A program made the position numbers and the translations under genes. A stretch of 63,828 bases of DNA, counting the filler, from Octopus bimaculoides (lineage: Eukaryota), in assembly GCF_001194135.2 (NCBI RefSeq). It is 6 parts of 6 records of this genome, joined end to end, with 100 filler letters (N's around TTAATTAATTAA, not from the genome) between each part and the next. Parts side by side here need not be neighbours in the genome. Positions count along the whole stretch, not along the records: positions 1 to 30,598 come from NC_068986.1; positions 30,699 to 48,072 come from NC_068997.1; 4 more parts are not named here. One strand, given 5' to 3'. Positions within the stretch are counted from its first letter, which is position 1; the number at the start of each line of letters is the position of its first letter. A model generated the notes under the pieces. It had not been told where the DNA came from and did not search any database. It was given only the letters and a program-made list of their open reading frames with translations. This document shows, piece after piece, positions 22,013 to 34,586 of this stretch.

Positions 22013-24470
22013 ATGTTTTTCTCCCCATAAATACATTTAATGCAACGATGATGCACCCGAGGGTGGTCCGTTGGTTGGATATAAGTAAAAAAAATTTCCG
22101 TATTTTAAACTGATTTAGAAAAAAATTCGGAAAAGAGTGGAAGTTTTAGAATTTATGGGTGGTGGGAGGATTTAAAAAAAAAATTTTTTTCCCCGTTATA
22201 TAATCGTATAAATTCCAGTGTATATAGTACACAAATTTGCAAACATTTTCTTAAAATTTCAAAAGATGAAAAAAGTTGTAATATTCAGAAATAATGGAAG
22301 AATATAAAAATAATTTAGGGGATTTCATTGTGCAAATAAGTTTGTGGTAGATTGTTGCTGATAGCATTCTACATTATAACAACAAATTATTGAGAAAAAA
22401 AAAAAAAATCTCATAGAACAAGTTTTACTTCAAGTATCAGTGTCAAAAGTTGGGTCACTCGTCATATACTGCTAAGATCAAGTTTTAAATTATTTTACCT
22501 ATTAGTGCTTTATATTCAAAGTAAACATACTGGGCAAATATTCAAGTAACATTTGATATAAATTTCCCCCTCATTATATCCTGAAAGGACACTTAATATT
22601 CCAGTTCAAATAATATCACATCATTTTGTTATTCTTTCTTCGCGCTTGGATTACAAGTGAATATTTACAACCCACTTATTTAAAACTCGCTTATTCCTTG
22701 AGGTAAGGCCAATAATTTTCATATTGTTTTATGTTCCCTGCCTTCAACTTTCTCTAAACATTCTATTTGTGCCAAGAGTTCAAGTGACTGTTAGAAACTT
22801 AACTCATTATAGACATTCTGGTAACACTAGTCTCTTCACTTATTATTAAGTGCATATTGTTTTTGTTTCTATTTATTTATGTTTCTGCTCATATCGATTC
22901 TTTGATAGCTGGAGAGCGAGAGCCTGAAAGTAAACTTAATTTCATCATGGAATTTTTCTTTTACATGTTAATATTTTTCTTTTGAAAACTAATGTTTTTT
23001 TTTCTCTCTTTGAATCAAAATCGGATGAAATGTTAGTGTTGTTATTTATTTCTGATGTTTTATGAATTAAATACAAAAATAATTATGTTAATGGAAAGTG
23101 GAATTTTGCCGACGAAATTAATCAATTTGCTATTGCGGCAAATCTAATCTCATTAAAAAAATACACTGCAGTGTTGGAGAGTAATTGTTGCAGTTAGTAG
23201 AGGTCAGGTCTGTTTATATGCATATATGTGCTTAGAAAAGAGTCCCCATATATAAATCGGTTGGAAATTTAATTTGATAACTAAAAATCAGATTCCTCAA
23301 AACAGGCCCGAAGTTTTTGCTAAACAATTAGAAGCATTCGATTTAACCCACTTGTACACAGGTTCAGATGTAAAAATATTCTTTAAACAACCGACCACAA
23401 ACAATTTTAAGGGCCACCAACAATATGTGTATAAATCCTAGATGCATACCTTCAAAAACAACGATCATAGATTCTATAAACCCAGCTAGAAATAGCTCTG
23501 AAATTCAAACTATAAACAAACATTTTAAGTGCTAAACCAACATAAGAGATATGAGTAGTATCTGATCGATAACAATAGTATGTTGCATTGAGAAGTGGAT
23601 GTCTTCGAAAGTGGTTGATATCTGATGCAAAGCAAATACACTAGAAGATCAGAAGAAACATTTACACCATATAACGTGCATATTTTAATTGGAAAGTTGT
23701 TCACGACGTGCAGTCTTATTTATCACCAGTAAAAATGAATTCCAAGACAACTAGCGGTGCTTTATGTGGACAGAATAACAATCCTGCTCCCGAACAATCT
23801 AACAAAAACAGTTTAAATAAAAATCGGAAAATTTAGAAGAGATGAGTTCATTGAAGAAATGAATGATAAATCATGCAAGAAATTACGTTCTGGATGCAGA
23901 CATACACTCCAAGTCCAACCAATTAGACCTGTTATTCCGACTTTCTTCATGGCACCTGTCATGAGAATAGTTTATATAAAAAAATCACTTTCTTTAATAC
24001 ATATGACTCATCTCTTTTCAGTTATTTTTACCTTGTCGCACCTTGCCACAGATAGATTATTTATATTAGTAATCCCTCACTAACCGAATTTCAGGCCTAG
24101 CAAAGTTGTTTCCCTTGATACCAATATCCTTTTCTCACCTTCAGTTGTATTTAGTTTGGGAACATTTTGGTTAATTCCACACTTCCGTCTATCTCATAGA
24201 TTATAAATTTTGTTAGGTCATTCTGTTAATTAGTGTTATGGTCATCCCTACAGATATCCCATACAAATTATAGCCAGCACTGATTTTTGTTACGACTTTA
24301 CGTATTCGAGACATCAGATGTAAAGAAACAAAGAGATCGAAGATGAAAAGAGGGTAACAGGCGTATATGCCATATTTCAGGAGTATTTGCTCCTTCTTCA
24401 GCATCCATCTAACCCCTTAATCATCCACAAACACATTGCTTTATGTTAAAATATCTATAGAAATAACCTT

Positions 24471-24847
24471 AGTGTGGTGGTTGGCACTCCATCTGTTACG
24501 ACGATGAGGGTTCCAGTTGATCCGATCAACGGAACAGCCTGCTCGTGAAATTAACGTGCAAGTGGTTGAGCAGTCCACAGACACGTGTACCCGTAACGTA
24601 GTTCTCAGAGAAATTCAGCGTGACACAGAGTGTGACAAGGCTGGCCCTTTGAAATACAGGCACAACAGAAACAGGAAGAAAGAGTGAGAGAAAGTTGTGG
24701 TGAAAGAGTACAGCAGGGTTCGCCACCATCCCCTCCTGGAGCCTTATGGAACTCAATAAACACTCACAACGCCCGGTCTGGGAATCAAAACCGCGATCCT
24801 ACAACCGCGAGTCCGCTGCTCTAACCACTGGGCCATTGCTCCTCCAC
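24471..24847 (-). mobile_element. tRNA-derived SINE family C with 13-bp TSD
   Basis: Head GTGGAGGAGCAATGGCCCAGTGGTTAGAGCAGCGGACTCGCGG...GATTCCCAG. Flanks TAGAAATAACCTT (24458-24470) and TAGAGATAACCTT (24848-24860). Confidence 0.9.
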
Positions 24848-25029
24848 TAGAGATAACCTTGAGAAGTGATATAAAGCGCACTACTAACACAGTAGAACAC
24901 GGTATTGACTTATAAAAAAACGTTTAATATGCTTTATAATATATGATGGTTGCATAACGAAATACCGCGCCCCTACAAGTCATTAATATCTGTTAATTCT
25001 GGTGTATTTTAAAGTATGGTGAGTCATTC

Positions 25030-25125
25030 ACATTATCATCATTTTACGTCCCCATTTCTATGTTGGCATGATTTGAACAAGTTTTCTGAGAGAGAGTTTT
25101 ACAGCTGGATGTCCTTCCTGTCAAT
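25030..25125 (-). mobile_element. RTE-tail fragment
   Basis: TCATCATTTTACGTCC...TTTTACAGCTGGATGTCCTTCC. Confidence 0.55.
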
Positions 25126-27590
25126 AATCCTTTTAGTCATATGTTATGGCATACAACATTGCAGTGTACCTTTTCACAAACGAATAAGCAGATTTTCAAA
25201 GCCACCCTTTAAAAATCCTACAGAGAATACAAGAATATGTAGTGCGTGTCACCAATGTAGTGATTTGTCTGGAGTGTTCTGTTGTGAGTTTTGCTTAGAA
25301 TGTCGAAGGAAAGTCAGAGGGCGAATATATGAACGAACTCAACAAACTTTATTTCAGGTGAGGTAATCCTCTCGTACAAGCAGTAGTAAGTGATATTACA
25401 ATTTTTAAGTAAATGTTGAATAAAATGTGTGGGAACAGAATGTACAATTTTGATGACAAAAAGAGTTTCAACAAGTTTACTAAAGGATGGCCCTTCGTGG
25501 CTTAAATGATTCCAGGAGTTGCATAGCACAGTTGATTTTAGAGTCATGCTTGTGTTACGCTAGCTGAGCTGCAGCTGACTAGCTCTTCCAAAAAGCACAC
25601 GATACTCAGGGTGGAAACCGCTACATCTATTCTTCCACAGCCAGCTTTAATGGTTCAAAGTGGACGTAGCATGGTGTGTTACTTTGCCATGACAAAATAA
25701 ATCCCTCCTGGGAGTCTACAGTACCTCTCCGCACACTGAAAGTTGATACAAACAAGTGAAAATTCATGCAAATAAAATTCCTGGACAAGCAAAAATGATG
25801 TAACAGCATTCAGGTTTATGTACAGTATCTGTGATACAAGACTAAGGCAGTGTGCAGGATGTGCCAGTCGGTGCAAAACTGAGGCAGTGTGCAGAAGGGC
25901 AGAATCTGCCAGAGGGTTTGACAACACAAAACATACATGAAAAGGTAAAAAGAAAGCAACGTGAAAGCAAGAAGCAAAGAGGCATGCAAACAACAATTTA
26001 AGTCAAGCAAAAATGTCAGAATGTGTCCTGAAAAGCGAAAGAATAAAGATGTTAGACAGTAAAAAGGCAGTAAGGGATCAGTTCATATAAAGATAGTTTG
26101 AAGGATGCAAGATGCCTGAAAGTGTTAAAACGGCAGCTGAGTAAGAGTAGAAATTACAGCAGTACTTGCTGTATCTGATGCAATTCTACAAGCCGAAGCT
26201 TTTACATCAGAGACACAGGGAGCAAAGAGAGATGCTGTAACATGAGTGTAGTTCAGTGCTGTAAAATGAAGCAGAGTCGAGCTGGTGTAAATGAGCTGGC
26301 ATCATGAGGCTAAAAAAATTCAGTAAGTCGAACCAATTGATGAAATCCAAAAGATGGGGTGGGTGTTGAAATGAAAAGGTGGAGAAAAAAGAGGTCCTCA
26401 ACAGTTGCATCATTGATAAAAATCAGAGGCCATCTTTGATGTGGTGTTTAAATGGTAGTGAGTGGGAAAATTAAGCCTGAGTGAGGCCAGGTCAGTGTGA
26501 TTTGGTGAGCATAATTTGCATGTGTTCCTTTTTTAGCTCACTTAATTGTTCTTTCTTTTGGGGAATATTTCTGTGTGGATGAATAGAGAATTGCAATTGC
26601 TACCAACCAATGTTACACTTGTATTGTTATGAGTGAGAAAACTGTGGAAGTAATAGTAGTAGTTCATTATCGTAGATATGTATGATACTGTAACCACTGC
26701 AATGATGATAAACCACTCCTGAGATCTATGTAGCAAGAGAGGATGTTTGTACTATGAAAATTTATAGAAATATTGGGGTTACACATTTCCCAATATCTCT
26801 ATCTTTACTGTGAAGGAGATAAATCTATCCAAGCTACTGGAAATTTAGTTTTTTGGAAACTACCTGAAACCCATTTAATGTGGAAATCAGATACATCCAC
26901 TCAAAATTTCATTACTCTTAACTGTAGTTTTATATACCAATCTCTCTTTTGTTGAAAAATGTCATCTTTGAAACTACTTTTTGTTGATATGTGAAGTTTA
27001 TTGAGACAAGATGACCTGCAGAAAATAACTATTCTGTAGTTTGGTAGATATTTAACATAATCACTGAAATAATCATGAAATTTAATTTCACAGTCAAAGG
27101 GTTAAAGATAACTGCTAGTTTGTTTTTCTTTCAGAGTACACTCCCTAAACCTTATTCTCTCTGGGCTTACATGCAAAGCAGCTGGGCATATCAGACAGGA
27201 CTCCAACACAACAGCTAAAGGGCCTTATACATTCCTCTCCCAGACAAATGTTCTGATAAGAACTAAGGTTACATCATTCCCAAAGTGGTTTTATAATTTG
27301 CTCCTTCACCATCTTGAATATATCTATGTTCCCTTGCACAATTGCTTAGGTTAATTTTAGCCCTATACTACATTTGTCCTATTGATAGGTCTTGTTTTTG
27401 TCCTGATGAGATTCTTACAACCCTCTTCACAAAGCTAACCTGGAGCAGATGCTGGTTTAGTCACCAATAACTCCTACCATGTAACAGATAGCACTAGATT
27501 ACATATTTCCAGTAGCATTTGAAGTGAAATCACCGAAACTGTTCACAAGCCTAATACAAAAAATATATGACAATTTCAAAAAACACACAT

Positions 27591-28340
27591 AGGTGCAGGC
27601 ATAGCTGAGTGGTAAGAAGTTTGCTTTGCAACTATATGGTTCCAGATTCAGTATATTCTCCTATAGCCTTGGGCTGACCAAAGCTCTGTGAATGGATTTG
27701 AGGAATAGAGTCTTAATCTCTTGAGTCTTTCCCAATAGCTTATATGCTGCATAGAGGCTGTCTTCTTCGTGTAGTTTCGTTGGATTGCCTCAAGTTCTGA
27801 GATTAATTTGACACTCGTTGGTGACCATAGCTGAGAGCAATAGTCAAAGTGGCTAAGGACAAGTGTCCTCCAGAGGACCATCATGGTTTCCTGATCTCTT
27901 GTTCTAAAAGTCCTAAGAATCCATCCGGTCAGTCGCCTGCATTTCATTGACAATTTAGCAACATGAACATGAAAGGATGCATTATTACTCATGTAAATGT
28001 CCAGATCTTGCACTGACTGTGCCTCTGGGATTGCAGTCCCTCCAGGTCCAGTGTATTTAATGGGTACTGCATTTAGTTTTGCATGCTGATATCACAAGAC
28101 TTGAAACTTTTCAGCATTAAACTGCATGTTATTCTTTTCACAACTTGACAACTTGTGTTGGTGTTTTTACATCCCTGTAACTTAGTGGTTTGGCAAAAGA
28201 GACCAATAGAATAAGTACCAGGCTTTACAAAAAATAATAAGTACTGGAGTTGATTCGTTTGACTAAAATTCTTCAAGGCAGTGCCCTAGCATAGCCACAA
28301 TCTAGTGCCTGAAACAAAAGATAAAAGATAATAAAAGATA
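27591..28340 (+). mobile_element. SINE family A interrupted by a CR1 fragment
   Basis: Head 27591-27700 and tail 28140-28340 are colinear with the other family A copies. The central microsatellite part is replaced by LINE sequence. Confidence 0.75.
27701..28140 (-). mobile_element. CR1-like LINE ORF2 fragment (post-RT region)
   Basis: KNNMQFNAEKFQVL*Y...YTGPGGTAIPEAQSVQDLDIYMS...GWILRTFRTRD...HFDYCSQLWSP...LEAIQRNYTKK...YWERLKRLRLYS. Confidence 0.9.
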
Positions 28341-28399
28341 CTCCCTACATGCACCATTCTAACACTAAGAAGCCACACGAAATGCTGACGTAATACATG

Positions 28400-28801
28400 T
28401 TAGTACCACTGACAACAAAACACAGTAAGACTATGAGCCTTTAAAATTCTAATCAAATATTCTGTCCATCAGCAACTTGGTGTGGTCAGCTACCAGCTCA
28501 GGCTCTGCTGCTTGACAGGCTGAGAAAAGCAAACTCTCAAGATATTAGTTGCTCTCCAACAGGTTTATGGTTGAGCCTGTGGCAGTGGAGACCACCACTG
28601 TTCTTGGCACTTGGGCCATGTCCCTGCTCACTACTATTGGGGTGGAGATGGCTGTCTGCAAGTGCGAGCCCTGGGAGTCAGAGTGGCTGTTCCAGTGCAT
28701 TTCCCTTGCTATCCTCTGGTGCAATGCCTTTTCCATTTTGTGTGCTGGGAACATGAGAAATGTTTCTCAATAAAGATATATAAACAAGACAAAAAAAAAA
28801 A
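28400..28801 (+). mobile_element. 3' end of a CRE-like (RLE) non-LTR retrotransposon with poly(A)
   Basis: SNLVWSATSSGSAA*QAEKSKLSRY*LLSNRFMVEPVAVETTTVLG...EPWESEWLFQCISLAILWCNAFSIL, then AATAAA and A10 at ~28792-28801. Confidence 0.75.
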
Positions 28802-28807
28802 TACAGG

Positions 28808-29135
28808 GTAAAAGGTAAAGACTCCCTTCAGTCACGAATTACCATGGGATTGCACCTTGAAGGTTCCTCTCCAAGGCACAAGTCCAGGCAAAATTGTTTA
28901 TGGAAGACCAGCAGTCGGCCATGCATACCAGCCTCACCTCTCCACACCACTGATGTTATCCAAGGGAAAGGCAAAGGCTGATACAGCTTGGTACCAGTGA
29001 TGTTGCAACTCATTGAACTGGGGCAAGGTGAAACAAAGTGTCTTGCTCAAGAACACAACACACAGCTTGGTCTGGGAATCGAAATCACTAACCCATGATT
29101 GTGAGTCCAATGCTCTAACCACTGAGTCATGTCCC
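28808..29135 (-). mobile_element. tRNA-derived SINE family D
   Basis: Head GGGACATGACTCAGTGGTTAGAGCATTGGACTC...TTTCGATTCCCAG, then GTGTTCTTGAGCAAGACAC. Tail differs from family C. Confidence 0.75.
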
Positions 29136-29353
29136 TTCAACAAAAGATATATATTGAAGAAGTTTGTTTCAGAAGCATGTATCATGTTTGGCAAGAATTT
29201 TCTACTGTAGGCTTGAATTGCCAACTGCCTTATGGGTCTGTTAGATAAATACATTTTTTTGCGGAATTATTTTCAGCCTGATGCTCTTCCAGCGACTGAC
29301 CCTGATTTGTTTTTTGAGTAAAAGCATTTTTATTCCCTTTGTGTGTGTGTGTC

Positions 29354-29396
29354 GGCCATGATGAATACCACAAGGTATTGAAAATACGTATTCGCC
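29354..29396 (+). ncRNA. Degenerate hammerhead-like motif
   Basis: GGC-C[A]TGATGA-ATACC/ACAA/GGTAT-T-GAAA-ATACGTAT-TC|GCC. Stem III AATACGTATT is a perfect palindrome. One extra A in the core. Confidence 0.45.
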
Positions 29397-30529
29397 TTTA
29401 TATGTTTAATCCTTTATATTGAACACTCAATATTTCATATATTCAATAAGACATATTCCATATATTCAATAAGACATTCAATACTTCATTTCATTGTACC
29501 ATCCATTTTTATATTATATATTATATATTCCATATTCTATATCCCACATTAATTTTACAAGAATGTACATAAAACATAAAAAAACAGACAGAGTTGGAAC
29601 TCTTAAATAAAATAATATATTCCTCTATACACGATCATACAAAACCCTTCTTTTGTATTTATTTTTACTCATATATATATATATATACACACACACACAC
29701 NNNNNNNNNNNNNNNNNNNNNNNNNNNNNNNNNNNNNNNNNNNNNNNNNNNNNNNNNNNNNNNNNNNNNNNNNNNNNNNNNNNNNNNNNNNNNNNNNNNN
29801 NNNNNNNNNNNNNNNNNNNNNNATATATATAATACAAAGAATATATATACATGTATACACACATATATGTACATACTTACATCTACATGTGTATATACAT
29901 GCATATCAGGGTACAGGACGTTAGAACAATAAACTACAGACAACGGAACGAACACATAGGAAAACGGAAAGCCACTTGGAATATCCCTTCATCAGCTGTC
30001 TCTATTCTATCTAGACATATATATATAAAGGTTATGAAGGGAATTGGAGTCAAACAAACCCTAAAGATACAGGTAATACCGAGTAAGTGCTGTATACCGA
30101 TTAGTTTTGCCCCTGTCGTTGTAGCCACATGAGTGGGGAATATAACATAGGTTGTGTATTAGCGTGTGTATGTATAAGAGGTCAAACCTTAAGACAGGAA
30201 GGAAGGGGGGAAGAAGCAATTCAAGTGAGAAATATGGTTGATAGTAGTAAGCAGTCTTAATCCTACGCACATCTCTCACTCGATTTGGGCTATCCTTTGA
30301 GTAAACAACGCACAGAGTACTCTGGATACGATATAATATATATCCACCTTTGCTACTCCAATTATCTCCAGAAAATACCCACTAGGATTCTTTACATGGA
30401 TGTTTACTGCTGGAATGGAACTATGCTCCAAGTACTGTTTCTTCTTTGTTCTTTCTTCTGCGCATCACTCTCACTTCTTACTACAAATCTCCTCTTATAG
30501 ATGCAATTATCCATTCTTCTACTATTACC

Positions 30530-30578
30530 GTCTCCGATGAAGGGAAATATTGGATTTTCTCTGAAACAGCTGTAAGAC
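30530..30578 (+). ncRNA. Hammerhead-like motif (same family as 49473)
   Basis: GTCT-CCGATGA-AGGGAAA...TTTCTCT-GAAAC-AGCT-GTA|AGAC. U4>C change. Confidence 0.55.
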
Positions 30579-30642
30579 TTTATACATAAAATATAATTNN
30601 NNNNNNNNNNNNNNNNNNNNNNNNNNNNNNNNNNNNNNNNNN

Positions 30643-30654
30643 TTAATTAATTAA
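30643..30654. other. Artificial scaffolding linker TTAATTAATTAA inside 100-bp gaps (also 48117, 50623, 53205, 57388)
   Basis: Identical 12-mer flanked by 44 N on each side where counted, five occurrences, stops in all frames. Confidence 0.95.
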
Positions 30655-30698
30655 NNNNNNNNNNNNNNNNNNNNNNNNNNNNNNNNNNNNNNNNNNNN

Positions 30699-30945
30699 GG
30701 GTCTCATTCAGCAAGTCATTTTCTTCTAGGAACGCAATCAATCTCCTTCTGACAATTCGTTCCATGACTTTGCTAATATGTGAAGTCAGAGAGATGGGCC
30801 TGTAGTTCCCAGCCTCTGCTCTGCTTCCACCTTTATGGATAGGACATATGGTGCCTTCCTTCAGCTTTTTGGGAAGTTTACCATTTGCAAGGAAACTCTG
30901 GAAGAGTATCCGGAGTGGTCCTGCTAATTCTTGTTTACACGACTT
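30699..30945 (-). mobile_element. CR1-like LINE RT N-terminal fragment
   Basis: KSCKQELAGPLRILFQSFL...ICPIHKGGSRAEAGNYRPISLTSHISKVMERIV; open and well preserved, cut by a gap. Confidence 0.9.
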
Positions 30946-33315
30946 TAAGAGGACTATATATATAGTTTTAGGGAAAAGAACCAAGGTTCATGAACTCATC
31001 GATGAAAATCCACTGTCACACATATATATATGTGTGTAGAAAGAAGCTTAATTAGGTCAGGATGCATCTACACCACTGATCACTCATAATGAAGATAGTG
31101 TAATACAATATAAGATAAATGAACAAATTTAAAAGGAATCGAAAGAAAAAGGATGTGATTATCATTTTGTTTGGGTAATCAGACCAGTCCATAGCAATAA
31201 AGTTTTATAGTCTTTTGAATATTAGAAGTCTAGTACTGAGATGAATAAAGTAAATAGAAATTCAAACCATATTTTTACTTCTTTCACAATTGTGAGGTTT
31301 CGTGCAAATTTGTTAAAATCTAACTTAAGTAAATTTTCGATTACCTGAATAGGTTATCATATGTGCCCTTTTATCTATTTCGTTTCTAATTACAATCCCT
31401 TATTTGGAAAATACTAAAACACTTTTCTAAATGAATGAACGCATTTAACTGTTAATTCGTTTCCGGGATTTAATGGAATATTCTTCCAAGCAGAGATCAC
31501 ATTTCGAATTCCCAGTAGTATACAGTGAAGCACTACTAATTGATCATTTAATATAATATTTAGTGTCCCTATTCTTTAAAGTCCAGATGAACCCACTCAA
31601 AATTGCGCAATGTTGTTCACAATTTTTGAAAGAAGACTTCTCTTACGTAATATTTGCTTAATATCAGTATATGAATCTATGTTATCATTACAAATATGAT
31701 CAGATTAGATATATCATCAGCAGTTACTGTACATCTATAAACTAGGTATTTTCCGAGGCATTGCACTTCAAGTGGACACATAAATTTGCTATTACAGTTG
31801 ATGGTGTATACAGTATACAGCATGTATGTAAAGGATGTATACTTCATAAAATATAGAACAGAAAATCTCACGAAATAAAAAAAGGGAAGCAGATCTAGAA
31901 ACATCATATAGAAAAGTTGAAATAGTATTTTTAGCAATGCAATGGCTCCATACTCAGATATAACTATATGCATTTATTCCACTATTCTTACAAGACAAGG
32001 AAATTATTAAATGTCACTTATGAAATTCCTACATAGAAGAGCTTTCTTATCACCTTCACAAACTAAACATGAGTAAGATATATATTGCAATCAATGTGTT
32101 CTCTGTGTAATAGACCAAGTCATAAACACTTCAAACTCAGCTCTCATTCAGTTGCTACGTTAGATATTTGATTACGAAAGTTTCCGCCATAGCTATTCAA
32201 AAGTTGTAACATACTGAATTGATCGTCGACCACACAAATATCATCTACATCTATAGCTGTAGTTGATGAATGATTTAATAATTTGGTGTGTCTAAGGAAA
32301 TTTCTTATGCCAAAAACGCTCTGATAATTATTAATGATTTAATAATCAGTAATTATTAATTGTTTAATAATTATTAATTATTTAATAATTATTTAATAAC
32401 ATTTAATTATTCTTTAATAATTACTAATTATTGATTATCGACTACTGAAATGATCGTAATGAAATATATTAAACTGCTGTTTGTCTTTTGTTACTTTTAA
32501 ATTATTTATGGCTCTGCTTACTGCGTAATAGCTTTAATCAATAACGTTGCTCCAATGACAGCAATATACCGCCGCTAGTATTAAAAGAGTTTTTGATTAT
32601 TAATAGTTTCAGTATTAAAATATTTCGTTTACTTTTTCTATTTTCGTTATGTATATTTTTTAAACTTTTAAATCTTTAATATTTTTAATTTAGTAATTTT
32701 TTAATTCCTTGATCATACATTTTAAATTTCATTTTCAAAATTTAATAATTTTATTTACAATTTTTATCTAAATCTCAACCTTTTCAATTTTAGCTTTTTC
32801 AATTTTAGCTTTTTCAATTTTAGCTTTTTCAATTTTAATTTCAAACTTCAAATTTAAGATTTTAGAATTTATTTTTATTTTTACTTTAATTTTTAATTTT
32901 TAATTTTCAAATAATTAATTTCATACAATTTTTTATTTTAATTTTTACCATTTTTACCATTTTTGCGATATTGCAGCTTTATTTTTAAAACTAAATTTCT
33001 TTAAACTTTTAAACTTTTACTTTATATTTTTGTTTTAATTTACTTTATTTTAATCATAACCATACGTGAATGTATAAGGGTCTTTTCACCTAAGTCTAGA
33101 AGAATTCTTTCTATTGAGCGGTCAAAATATAGCATTTAGCTTTGGAATATACCAATGTGTATTACAGCAACTAAGTGACGAAAACGAGATTCAAATAAAT
33201 TGTTATGGTGGAAAGCGAGTACTCCATACATGCGTCATTTAATAAATTTAGTCGTCTATTTCAAACTATTTGGAACCCTATTTCTTTTGTTGTTACACAG
33301 GTGGTTTGTCAAAAC

Positions 33316-33360
<45 letters not shown>

Positions 33361-33755
33361 TGTGTGCTTGTGTGTTTGCTTCTATGTGTATATATGTCTG
33401 TATGTGTGTATGTGTGTGTTTGTGTGTGTGTATGTACGTATGTATGTTTGTACGTGTGTGTGTGTGTGTGTGTGTGTATGTGAGTGTGTGTGTAAATGCA
33501 TGTGGTTTAGTATTTATGCGTTTTTCACACACTATCCTGAGATCGTGGTCTCGATTTCAGACTGTCTGCGCGTTATGCTGTTGAACAGAACACTTCATTT
33601 CACGTTGCTCCAATTAACTCAGCTGTAAACCAATAACACTACCAGTTGGATGGGATTATTCTACAGCTAAAACGATGCAAAGAAACATTGTGACCAGCGA
33701 TGTAAAACGACATCCCATAGTCAGGTCAATCACGTGATATATATACATATATATG

Positions 33756-33796
<41 letters not shown>

Positions 33797-34544
33797 TATA
33801 TNNNNNNNNNNNNNNNNNNNNNNNNNNNNNNNNNNNNNNNNNNNNNNNNNNNNNNNNNNNNNNNNNNNNNNNNNNNNNNNNNNNNNNNNNNNNNNNNNNN
33901 NNNNNNNNNNNNNNNNNNNNNNNNNNNNNNNNNNNNNNNNNNNNNNNNNNNNNNNNNNNNNNNNNNNNNNNNNNNNNNNNNNNNNNNNNNNNNNNNNNNN
34001 NNNNNNNNNNNNNNNNNNNNNNNNNNNNNNNNNNNNNNNNNNNNNNNNNNNNNNNNNNNNNNNNNNNNNNNNNNNNNNNNNNNNNNNNNNNNNNNNNNNN
34101 NNNNNNNNNNNNNNNNNNNNNNNNNNNNNNNNNNNNNNNNNNNNNNNNNNNNNNNNNNNNNNNNNNNNNNNNNNNNNNNNNNNNNNNNNNNNNNNNNNNN
34201 NNNNNNNNNNNNNNNNNNNNNNNNNNNNNNNNNNNNNNNNNNNNNNNNNNNNNNNNNNNNNNNNNNNNNNNNNNNNNNNNNNNNNNNNNNNNNNNNNNNN
34301 NNNNNNNNNNNNNNNNNNNNNNNNNNNNNNNNNNNNNNNNNNNNNNNNNNNNNNNNNNNNNNNNNNNNNNNNNNNNNNNNNNNNNNNNNNNNNNNNNNNN
34401 NNNNNNNNNNNNNNNNNNNNNNNNNNNNNNNNNNNNNNNNNNNNNNNNNNNNNNNNNNNNNNNNNNNNNNNNNNNNNNNNNNNNNNNNNNNNNNNNNNNN
34501 NNNNNNNNNNNNNNNNNNNNNNNNNNNNNNNNNNNNNNNNNNNN

Positions 34545-34586
<42 letters not shown>

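Noticed and set aside
24800-24847. tRNA genes (also 29090-29135, 47075-47140, 10900-10971)
   Set aside because: A/B boxes only, no complete cloverleaf or acceptor stem. They are SINE heads.
25480-26530. Possible very old LINE (PLIFIND-like on the minus strand)
   Set aside because: Motifs too fragmentary to call.
31677-31973. Hydrophobic 98-aa ORF, and a possible 26-nt micro-exon DGVYSIQH at ~31798
   Set aside because: AT-rich compositional artefact. No recognisable family or supporting exons.
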